Below, one piece after another: positions 56,213 through 64,000 of a stretch of 64,000 nucleotides of DNA; the first letter of the stretch is position 1; every line of letters begins with the position of its first letter. This DNA comes from Clostridiales bacterium. GTDB lineage: Bacteria; Bacillota; Clostridia; Oscillospirales; Oscillospiraceae. Under the pieces are notes generated by a model. The model was not told where the DNA came from. It searched no databases and was given only the letters and a program-made list of their open reading frames with translations. The stretch covers positions 246 through 64,245 of the forward strand of contig JAAYBD010000009.1 of NCBI GenBank assembly GCA_012719035.1, written 5' to 3'. A program made the position numbers and the translations under genes.

Positions 56213-58306
56213 ATGGATAAAATTATTAAGCCGTCACGTTTGGTGATAACTATAATATTAATAATATCTATGTCGGCTGTTTTTGTGGTTTCACTGTACC
56301 GCCTGCAGATAATTGAGGGCGCTGCATACTATGAGCAGTCAAAAAACAGCGTAATGACAAAAAGTACCGTAGTGGCAGCAAGAGGAAATATCCTTGACCG
56401 CTACGGGCGTGTTTTGGTTTCAAACAGGGTCTGCAACAACCTTACAATAAACACAAGAGAATTGTTCGAGCAGCCGGACCCAAATGCCATTATTCTCGAA
56501 CTCGTACAGACTGTTGATGATTCGGGCAACGCACATATTGATACCCTTCCAATAACGAAAGAAGCTCCTTTTGAATATGTCCCGAACATGACGGATATCC
56601 AGAAAACCCGCCTTGAAGCATACCTCAAGGAAAACAAGCTTCCGGCTTCCACTACGGCGGTTGAGCTGATGGCGTTTTTCAGAAACGGTTTCAAAATCGA
56701 CAATAACTATGCCTCTGAACAAATGCGTACCATTGCCGGCGTACGATATGAGCTAAAGATCCGCAGTATCATTGGAACCTCCGATTATATCTTTGCGGAA
56801 GATGTCAGCATTGACCTGATTACAAAGATGATGGAAAGCAATATTCCCGGATTTGAAGTAACGCCCTCCTACGTCAGGGAATACAACACCGATTATGCAG
56901 CTCATCTTTTAGGTTACATCGGCATGATGAACGAGGAAGAGTATAAAGAGTACCGGAATGACGGCTATCCGCTCAACGCATTGGTCGGGAAAAACGGTGC
57001 CGAAAAGGCGTTTGAGTCTTATCTGCACGGCAGGGACGGACAGGCAGTCGTTACAAAAACTCGGGGCGGGACGATAATCAACACCAAGTATACGCAGGAA
57101 CCTGAGCCGGGCACCCACACTTACCTTACGATCGATCTGGGACTTCAAGAGACTGCGGAGAATTCACTCAATAATTATATTGAAAAAACCAACAAACAGC
57201 GAGAAATGGACAACGCAGCATACAAAGCACAGGGTCTGACTAAGGAAGTAAAGGAGATGATACCCGGCGGTGCGGTAGTCGGCATTAACATCAAAACGGG
57301 CGAGCCGCTATGTATCGCGAGTGCTCCCTCCTTTAAGCTCGACACGTTTTTGCAGGATTATTCGGACCTTTTGGAGGAGGAAAACAAGCCTTTGCTCAAC
57401 CGCGCCCTTATGGGACTTTATGCGCCGGGCTCAACCTTCAAACCCGTATCTGCAATTGCCGCGCTGAATGAGAACATCGTTACTACCGGTACAACGATAA
57501 ATTGCGAGGGAATTTACGATAAATATGCCGACAAAGGATATTCGCCCACCTGCTGGATTTATCCCGGAAACCACGGTCCTGTAAACGTGACAAAAGCCAT
57601 CGAGGTTTCGTGTAACTATTACTTCTACACGGTTGCAGATAACGAAAATTTTACTATTTACAAGCTTGCAAACTATGCGAAACGCTTTGGGCTTGGGGAA
57701 TCAACGGGAATTGAGCTTAGTGAATACAAGGGCATGATGGCAAATCCGAAATATAAGGAAGAAAATGAGAACCTGCAGTGGTATAACGGCGATACTCTTG
57801 CAGCGGCGATTGGTCAGTCCTCCAGCATATTTACACCTATACAGATTGCAAATTACATTGCTGCCATCGCGAATAACGGGACGAGATATGAGGCTTCCAT
57901 ACTGAAGTCAGCAAGGAGCTATGATTATTCGAAAAGCATCTTCGAGCGCAGACCGGAAGTTGCAGGTACAGTTAATGTAAATCAAGAGTATTTTGATGCG
58001 ATAAATATAGGTATGTATAACGTTGCCAATTCTGTTAATGGTACGGCGTATCAGGTCTTCGGGAATTATCCGGTAAAGGTAGCCGCTAAAACCGGTACGG
58101 CTCAGCTTGGCGAAAATGTTACAAACAACGGTGTTTTTGTATGCTATGCACCCTATGATGACCCGGAAATTGCTATTGCAGTAGTTGTTGAAAAAGCCAG
58201 TGCGGGCATTGCAATAGCCGGCATAGCCAAAGACGTTTTAGATTACTATTTTAGCTTTAAAAACAGTTCTGCCGAATTGGAGAAGGAAAACTCGCTATTG
58301 AAATGA
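56213..58306 (+). CDS. mrdA: Penicillin-binding protein 2 (class B transpeptidase)
   Basis: 697 aa. N-terminal TM, SxxK as APGSTFKP, SxN as SCN, KTGTAQ. Confidence 0.9.
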   Translation: MDKIIKPSRLVITIILIISMSAVFVVSLYRLQIIEGAAYYEQSKNSVMTKSTVVAARGNILDRYGRVLVSNRVCNNLTINTRELFEQPDPNAIILELVQTVDDSGNAHIDTLPITKEAPFEYVPNMTDIQKTRLEAYLKENKLPASTTAVELMAFFRNGFKIDNNYASEQMRTIAGVRYELKIRSIIGTSDYIFAEDVSIDLITKMMESNIPGFEVTPSYVREYNTDYAAHLLGYIGMMNEEEYKEYRNDGYPLNALVGKNGAEKAFESYLHGRDGQAVVTKTRGGTIINTKYTQEPEPGTHTYLTIDLGLQETAENSLNNYIEKTNKQREMDNAAYKAQGLTKEVKEMIPGGAVVGINIKTGEPLCIASAPSFKLDTFLQDYSDLLEEENKPLLNRALMGLYAPGSTFKPVSAIAALNENIVTTGTTINCEGIYDKYADKGYSPTCWIYPGNHGPVNVTKAIEVSCNYYFYTVADNENFTIYKLANYAKRFGLGESTGIELSEYKGMMANPKYKEENENLQWYNGDTLAAAIGQSSSIFTPIQIANYIAAIANNGTRYEASILKSARSYDYSKSIFERRPEVAGTVNVNQEYFDAINIGMYNVANSVNGTAYQVFGNYPVKVAAKTGTAQLGENVTNNGVFVCYAPYDDPEIAIAVVVEKASAGIAIAGIAKDVLDYYFSFKNSSAELEKENSLLK

Positions 58307-58408
58307 AAGCACTTTTTATTGCGTTTTCGGGCAGACTAATGTATAATATAACATCGGCATTAAGGTTTTGCCAAAATCTGCCGCAAATGTACTGAAAGGA
58401 TGAAGGCC

Positions 58409-58810
58409 ATGAATATCGCTCTTATGGCACATGACAACAAAAAGGAGCTGATGGTGCAGTTCTGCATTGCATATTGCGGAATACTGTCCGAACACTCTAT
58501 TTGTGCAACCGCAACAACAGGCCGCCTGGTCGCCGAAGCGACCGGTCTTCCGATAACTCTCTACCTAAGTGCGGCTCAGGGCGGAAGCCAGCAAATCAAA
58601 TCACGAATCGCATATAACGAAATTGATCTCGTTTTGTTTTTCTGGGATCCTTCAAGCGATGACGATGACAAGGAAGTTGTTGCGATATCTCGTGCCTGTG
58701 ACCAGCATAGCATTCCCTTTGCTTCAAATGTCGCAACCGCAGAGGTTCTCATTCAGGGCTTAAAGCGCGGCGACCTTGGCTGGCGCGATATAGTAAACCC
58801 TAAGAAATAG
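58409..58810 (+). CDS. mgsA: Methylglyoxal synthase
   Basis: MNIALMAHDNKKELMVQF...ATATTGRLV...FFWDP. Confidence 0.85.
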   Translation: MNIALMAHDNKKELMVQFCIAYCGILSEHSICATATTGRLVAEATGLPITLYLSAAQGGSQQIKSRIAYNEIDLVLFFWDPSSDDDDKEVVAISRACDQHSIPFASNVATAEVLIQGLKRGDLGWRDIVNPKK

Positions 58811-58916
58811 TGTTTCTATGTTATTCTGTAACGCTCTCGTCCCTTTGCGGGAGGGAGCGTTATTGACTTTATACAATTATGTATTAAAATACCGATACCG
58901 AAAGGAATTATTATAT

Positions 58917-60269
58917 ATGGAGAGAGTGAAACCCCGTACCCTGTCAGGATTTATGGAGCTTTTACCCGAAAAACAGACTCAGATGGAGCGCATACAGGAG
59001 ATACTCCGCAAGACTTATTCGCTCTACGGCTTTACACCGCTTGATACCCCCCTTATCGAAGCCTCCGAGGTGTTGCTTGCCAAGGGCGGCGGCGAAACCG
59101 AGAAGCAGATATACCGTTTTACAAAAGGCGATGCCGATTTATCACTGCGCTTTGACCTTACGGTTCCGCTTGCAAAGTATGTCGCGCTGAACTACGGACA
59201 GCTTAGTTTTCCGTTCAGGCGATATCAGATAGGCAAGGTATACAGAGGTGAGAGGGCGCAGCGCGGACGTTTCCGCGAGTTCTATCAGGCGGATATCGAT
59301 ATCATCGGCGACGGCGAACTTGACATTATGAACGAAGCAGAGATACCGGCTATAATTTACCGCACTTTTACAGCCTTGGGATTGAGCAGATTTAAGATTC
59401 GAGTGAATAACCGCAAGGTTCTGAATGGCTTTTTTGCTATAATGGGTCTGAACGATAGGACTGCGGACATAATGCGCAGCATAGATAAGCTCGATAAAAT
59501 CGGGGAAGAAAAATGCCGCGCTTTGCTTATTGAGGACGGTGTTCCCGAAAAAGCGGCAAACGAAATTATGAGCTTTATCACTATTTCCGGTACGAGTGCG
59601 GAGAAACTTGAGGCTCTGAAAAAATACGAAGGAAAAAATGAAATTTTTGACCTCGGTCTTTCCGAACTTAGGGCTGTTACAAGCTATTTGCCCGGATTCG
59701 GTGTGCCTGAATCGAATTTTGAAATCGACCTTACCATTGCGCGCGGACTTGACTACTACACTGGAACGGTCTATGAGACAATTCTTATCGATCACCCGGA
59801 AATCGGTTCAGTCTGCTCCGGAGGGCGCTATGACAACCTTGCGGAGTATTATACTGATAAAAAGCTCCCCGGTGTGGGCATTTCGATCGGTCTTACACGC
59901 CTGTTTTATATTCTGGAGGAGCAGGGGATGCTGTCCGATGAAATAATCACCGCGCCCGCCGATGTGCTTATTATACCCATGACGGAGGATATTTCCAAAG
60001 CTGTTGAGACTGCTACTAAGCTGCGCGAGCAGGGAATCCGCACACAGCTTTACAGCGAGAACAAGAAGTTTAAGGCAAAGATGAGCTATGCGGACAAAAT
60101 CAGTGTCCCTTTTGTCGTCTTTATCGGGGACGACGAGATAAAAGAGGGCGTTATAAAAGTCAAAGATATGCGAAGCGGAGAGCAGCTTGCCGAGGAAGCC
60201 GAGGCGGCGGCGCTCAGAATTAAAGCGACGATAGACAACCAAAATAGGAAGCCTGTTATCAAAGAATAA
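58917..60269 (+). CDS. hisS: Histidine--tRNA ligase
   Basis: Class II motifs: YRFTKGDADLSLRFDLTVPLAKY, FRRYQIGKVYRGERAQRGRFREFYQ, GGRYDNL. ATG at 58917 (MERVKPRTLSGF) preferred over the track start. Confidence 0.9.
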   Translation: MERVKPRTLSGFMELLPEKQTQMERIQEILRKTYSLYGFTPLDTPLIEASEVLLAKGGGETEKQIYRFTKGDADLSLRFDLTVPLAKYVALNYGQLSFPFRRYQIGKVYRGERAQRGRFREFYQADIDIIGDGELDIMNEAEIPAIIYRTFTALGLSRFKIRVNNRKVLNGFFAIMGLNDRTADIMRSIDKLDKIGEEKCRALLIEDGVPEKAANEIMSFITISGTSAEKLEALKKYEGKNEIFDLGLSELRAVTSYLPGFGVPESNFEIDLTIARGLDYYTGTVYETILIDHPEIGSVCSGGRYDNLAEYYTDKKLPGVGISIGLTRLFYILEEQGMLSDEIITAPADVLIIPMTEDISKAVETATKLREQGIRTQLYSENKKFKAKMSYADKISVPFVVFIGDDEIKEGVIKVKDMRSGEQLAEEAEAAALRIKATIDNQNRKPVIKE

Positions 60270-60321
60270 AAATGCGGCGAACCAAAAGCAAATTCATAGA
60301 TTTGAAAAGGACAGAGATAAG

Positions 60322-62103
60322 ATGAAAACATCCATGAGAACAACATACTGCGGCATTCCGCGTATTGAAAATGCCGGGGAAACGATGACGGTCTGCGGCT
60401 GGGTTCAGCGCCAGCGCGATCTTGGGCAGCTTATATTCATTGACTTACGCGACCGTACGGGCATTTTACAGCTTGCCTTTGATGAAAATACGGACAGGGA
60501 AGCTTTTGATACCGCTTTTTCCTGCCGCGCTGAATACGTTTTGCAGGCTGAGGGCGTTTTGCGTGAGCGCAGTTCCAAAAACATGGATATCCCTACGGGC
60601 GAGGTGGAGCTTGCGGTTACAAAGCTAAAAGTGCTCTGCAAAAGCGAAACACCCCCCTTTGAGATTGCGGAAAATAGCGATGTCAACGATACACTGCGTT
60701 TGAAGTATCGTTACCTTGACCTGCGCCGCCCCGATATGCAAAGGGCGATTATGATGCGCCACAGAGTGACAAAGATCGCCCGTGACTATTTTAATGAGCA
60801 GGGCTTTCTTGAAATTGAAACACCCATGCTTACAAAGTCTACCCCGGAGGGCGCCCGCGACTATCTTGTTCCCTCGCGCGTCCATCAGGGAAAGTTTTAT
60901 GCTCTGCCCCAATCCCCCCAGCAATATAAGCAGCTTTTGATGCTTTCGGGCTTTGACCGCTATATGCAGATCGTCCGCTGTTTCCGCGATGAGGACCTGC
61001 GTGCGGACCGCCAGCCCGAGTTTACACAGATAGACCTTGAGATGTCCTTCGTAGACGAGGAGGACGTTATGACCGTTCAGGAGGGCTTCATAAAGCGCGT
61101 GTTCAAGGAGGTCTTGGATGTTGACGTCGAGACACCGTTCCTGCGCCTGCCTTTCAGCGAGGCGATGGAGCGCTTTGGTTCGGACAAGCCCGATATGCGC
61201 TTTGGCATGGAGCTTAAAAATATCTCCGATATCGTGGGAAAGAGCGAGATACCCTTTTTCAAAGCTCCGGTCGAAGCGGGCGGCAGCGTGCGCTGCATCT
61301 GCGTTCCCGAGGGGGCGGATAAATTTGCGCGAAAGCAGATTGACAAGCTTGTGGATTATGTAAAAACATACCGGGCAGGCGGTCTTGCATGGATGAAGCT
61401 CACAAATGAGGGCGTTTCTTCGTCTTTTGCAAAATTCTCAACAGATGAGATAAATTCGGAAATTGCGGCTTGCGCAGGCGCGAATACGGGGGATCTTATC
61501 CTTATCGTAGGCGATGCCAAAGATGAAATCGTTTTTGCCGCCTTGGGCGCACTGCGCTGCGAAATTGCCAAAAATCTTGGAATCCTCAAAAAGGACGACT
61601 ACAAATTCCTGTGGGTTACGGAATTTCCGATGTTCGAGTTTTCCGAGGAGGAAAACCGCTATGTTGCGATGCACCATCCTTTCACGGCGCCACTCGACGA
61701 GGATGTGGATAAGCTTGCTGAGGACAAGGCAAAATGCAGAGCCAAGGCTTATGACATCGTATTGAACGGTATAGAGCTTGGCGGCGGCAGCATACGCATC
61801 AACCGTCCCGAAATGCAGGAAACAATGTTCAAAGCACTCGGATTTTCGGCGGAGGATGCAAATGAGCGCTTTGGGCATCTGATTAACGCGTTCAAATACG
61901 GTGCGCCTCCCCATGGCGGTCTTGCCTATGGGCTGGACAGGCTTGTTATGCTCATGGCGGGGCAGGATTCTATCCGCGATGTAATTGCTTTCCCAAAAGT
62001 GCAGAACGCAAGCGAGCCGATGACAGCCTGCCCCGATGTGGTGGACGACAAGCAGCTTCTTGAGCTGGGGATTGCAGTCAGCGTCAGTGATAAGGAACAG
62101 TAA
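60322..62103 (+). CDS. aspS: Aspartate--tRNA ligase
   Basis: 593 aa. OB-fold N-terminus (GWVQRQRDLGQLIFIDLRD), FRDEDLRADRQPEFTQID, GGGSIRI, GLDR. Confidence 0.95.
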   Translation: MKTSMRTTYCGIPRIENAGETMTVCGWVQRQRDLGQLIFIDLRDRTGILQLAFDENTDREAFDTAFSCRAEYVLQAEGVLRERSSKNMDIPTGEVELAVTKLKVLCKSETPPFEIAENSDVNDTLRLKYRYLDLRRPDMQRAIMMRHRVTKIARDYFNEQGFLEIETPMLTKSTPEGARDYLVPSRVHQGKFYALPQSPQQYKQLLMLSGFDRYMQIVRCFRDEDLRADRQPEFTQIDLEMSFVDEEDVMTVQEGFIKRVFKEVLDVDVETPFLRLPFSEAMERFGSDKPDMRFGMELKNISDIVGKSEIPFFKAPVEAGGSVRCICVPEGADKFARKQIDKLVDYVKTYRAGGLAWMKLTNEGVSSSFAKFSTDEINSEIAACAGANTGDLILIVGDAKDEIVFAALGALRCEIAKNLGILKKDDYKFLWVTEFPMFEFSEEENRYVAMHHPFTAPLDEDVDKLAEDKAKCRAKAYDIVLNGIELGGGSIRINRPEMQETMFKALGFSAEDANERFGHLINAFKYGAPPHGGLAYGLDRLVMLMAGQDSIRDVIAFPKVQNASEPMTACPDVVDDKQLLELGIAVSVSDKEQ

Positions 62104-62154
62104 GGTCTGATATGCAGCGGTGATTAGCCGCATTGACCGCGCAGAGGTGCTTTT

Positions 62155-62553
62155 ATGACGGATGAGGAACTGAAAAAAGAAATTCGGAAGGCGAAAAGGT
62201 TCAATTACACAGTTTTCACGATTTTGATTATCGGTATTTTGCTGTGTACTGTTTGGGGAATCCGCTATAAATATCAGCATACGTTCTCGACCTCAAAATG
62301 GATTGAGAATCCGCATGAGCGGGTGAATATAGTCGATGATATGCTGTCAAAAAATGATTTAATCGGAAAAACAAAGCAGGAGATTATCGCCTTGCTTGGC
62401 GAGGAAAGCGGAAAGAAAATCAGTTCCGCAAAGGAGAACAGTTTCGCTTATTATTTGGGAGACGAACGCCGTCTTATCAGCATCGACAGCGAATGGCTGA
62501 TTATTACCTTTGCAGACGGTTTTGTTTCCGACTATGAAATAACAACGGATTAA
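62155..62553 (+). CDS. Hypothetical membrane-anchored protein
   Basis: 132 aa with one N-terminal TM (FTILIIGILLCTVWGI). No recognisable family. Confidence 0.4.
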   Translation: MTDEELKKEIRKAKRFNYTVFTILIIGILLCTVWGIRYKYQHTFSTSKWIENPHERVNIVDDMLSKNDLIGKTKQEIIALLGEESGKKISSAKENSFAYYLGDERRLISIDSEWLIITFADGFVSDYEITTD

Positions 62554-62807
62554 AAGATAGGATCTATTTTGTACTAACTGTATCTTATGAAAATGTACAC
62601 AGCAGCAAACGGATATTTGTACGGTCAATATATGGATAGGACAAAAGGTGCTGTGTGCTGCAGTCTTGAAAAAACGTCCGAAACCTTATGATGGGCATGC
62701 CCACACAGACCGGGCAGAGGCAGCCTGACGAACTGCATATTACTATCGTTGAAAAGAGCGGTCTACTGATTTAATACTAATCATCTTGAAAGCGAGAAAA
62801 CTGTTAT

Positions 62808-63329
62808 ATGATACTTTCGGGAAAAGAAATATTGAGATGCATCGGAAAAGAAATCATTATTGAACCATTTTATGAAAACAGGATAAACCCTAATAGTTAC
62901 AATCTGTCTTTGGCGAATGAACTTTTGGTTTATGAAGATGATGTCTTGGATATGAAAAAGCCGAATCATACAAGGAAAATCATTATTCCCGAAGAAGGTC
63001 TGCTTTTGGAACCCCACAAATTATATTTGGGAAGGACAAATGAATTTACAAAGACGGACAAATATGTTCCCATGCTTGAGGGACGTTCATCAACAGGCAG
63101 ACTTGGATTGTTCATTCATGTAACAGCCGGATTTGGCGATATAGGTTTTGCCGGATATTGGACTTTGGAAATGTTCTGCGTTCAACCGGTAAAAATATAT
63201 CCGAATATTGAAATTTGCCAAATATATTACCATGATATAGCCGGCGAATATGACTTATATAAAAGCGGCAAATATCAGAACAATACCGGCATTCAGCCAA
63301 GTCTGATGTATAAGGACTTCGAAAAATAG
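62808..63329 (+). CDS. dcd: dCTP deaminase (dUTPase superfamily)
   Basis: MILSGKEILR...INPNSYNLSL...LEGRSSTGRLGLFIHVTAGFGDIGFAGYWTLEM. Confidence 0.85.
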   Translation: MILSGKEILRCIGKEIIIEPFYENRINPNSYNLSLANELLVYEDDVLDMKKPNHTRKIIIPEEGLLLEPHKLYLGRTNEFTKTDKYVPMLEGRSSTGRLGLFIHVTAGFGDIGFAGYWTLEMFCVQPVKIYPNIEICQIYYHDIAGEYDLYKSGKYQNNTGIQPSLMYKDFEK

Positions 63330-63360
63330 ATGGGTTAAACCGACCAGGGGAGAGTGTCGT

Positions 63361-63489
63361 ATGGTATCAAAAATGCGCTCGCTGGGTATTAAAGGCATAG
63401 GCGGATACGAGGTTTCCGTTGAATGTTTTTTATCCTCGGGACTGCCGGCCTTTGAGAAAGTGGGTAACTTAGACCAGACGCATAAATAA
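63361..63489 (+). pseudogene. comM: N-terminal 42-codon remnant of ComM/YifB (Mg-chelatase-like) gene
   Basis: My translation is MVSKMRSLGIKGIGGYEVSVECFLSSGLPAFEKVGNLDQTHK*. It matches the conserved start of ComM/YifB proteins (xSKxxSxxLxGIxGYxVxVExxxSxGLPAFxIVGLPD) and then terminates. No continuation in any other frame. Confidence 0.65.
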
Positions 63490-63552
63490 AGGGGTTTTCG
63501 AGTTTTCTTAACTCGGATTTATGCCATTAATCTTATCCGAGGTGAATACGGT

Positions 63553-64000
63553 ATGATAATTGGAGCATATCAGTTTGAGGGCAGCGGAAATATATCAAAT
63601 AACTTTGAGGCTATGCGAAACGCCATCATTCAAGCTTCATCACAAAATGTAAGACTGCTCGCATTTCACGAATGTGCATTGACAGGTTATCCTCCGTTGA
63701 AAACCGGCAATGCAAAAGAAATCGATTATAGTTTGGTTGCAGACTGTATGTCAAATTTTCAGAGACTTTCAGAACAATATGATATGTTCCTCGTTGTTGG
63801 AAGCACAACAAAAAGAGAAAATAGTATCTACAATTCCATGCATGTGTTTTCTCCTTACGGTGAAAAACTCAATTCTTATGATAAAAGAGCATTATGGGGT
63901 TGGGATTGTGAAGATTTCACGGAAGGGCATAATAATGGAATCTATGAAATTGATGGTCTAAAAATTGGTGTGAGAATTTGCTTTGAGGTGCGTTTCCCTG
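63553..64000 (+). CDS. Carbon-nitrogen hydrolase (nitrilase superfamily), partial; runs off the window edge
   Basis: ATG at 63553 after GAGGTG. MIIGAYQFEGSGNISNNFEAMRNAIIQASSQNVRLLAFHECALTGYPP...YDKRALWGW...GLKIGVRICFEVRFP (catalytic Glu, Lys and Cys contexts). Absent from the ORF track because there is no stop in the window. Confidence 0.75.
   Translation, partial: MIIGAYQFEGSGNISNNFEAMRNAIIQASSQNVRLLAFHECALTGYPPLKTGNAKEIDYSLVADCMSNFQRLSEQYDMFLVVGSTTKRENSIYNSMHVFSPYGEKLNSYDKRALWGWDCEDFTEGHNNGIYEIDGLKIGVRICFEVRFP

Noticed and set aside
59142-59795. 217-aa minus-strand ORF in hisS, and a 280-aa ORF (61438-62280) in aspS
   Set aside because: Both are antisense to highly conserved aminoacyl-tRNA synthetase genes and have no independent support.

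Overview
Chromosomal window from a Clostridia-type Firmicute; protein similarity suggests something Oscillospiraceae/Ruminococcaceae-like, but that is only an impression. Layout: (1) 1 to about 10,990 is the minus-strand transfer and replication module of a Tn1549/CTn-family ICE: RepA_N initiator, ParA, VirD4-like coupling protein, Maff2, VirB6-like, PrgI, VirB4, NlpC/P60, DUF4315, DUF4366, plus a Fic cargo gene that runs off the left edge. The element looks decayed. ParA stops at codon 128, where it is fused to a 60-codon internal piece of the coupling protein. That piece is in turn fused to the 3' half of a duplicated Maff2 gene. The right end of the element abuts an 11-codon gene start identical to the SpoVT N-terminus, which suggests insertion into spoVT. 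(2) 11.5-19.0 kb is a tightly coupled plus-strand locus: a 1025-aa FG-GAP lipoprotein, dltA-like, dltC-like, dltB-like (MBOAT), a short DltD-like SGNH protein, a 47-codon DltX-like micro-ORF absent from the ORF track (C-terminal FIYEAF), and a GNAT. This non-canonical envelope acylation cassette is my best candidate for an undescribed system. (3) The rest is mostly core genome: hypA with a Cys-rich Fe-S protein; crotonase, fadN-like and thiolase genes with an odd structured 413-nt spacer; thyA-folA; an Ile T-box upstream of ilvA; rluD-lspA-ileS-divIVA-sepF-yggS; hfq-miaA-mutL divergent from miaB-mutS; a CPBP protease; a GGDEF protein; proS; dnaC-like and dnaD-like genes; a 70-bp tandem palindromic repeat; zapA; a U32 peptidase; maf-mreC-mreD-pbp2 with no mreB; mgsA; hisS; aspS; dcd. 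(4) The right edge carries a 42-codon comM/yifB N-terminal remnant followed by more AT-rich DNA encoding a carbon-nitrogen hydrolase, consistent with an island inserted in comM. I saw no rRNA, tRNA or CRISPR.
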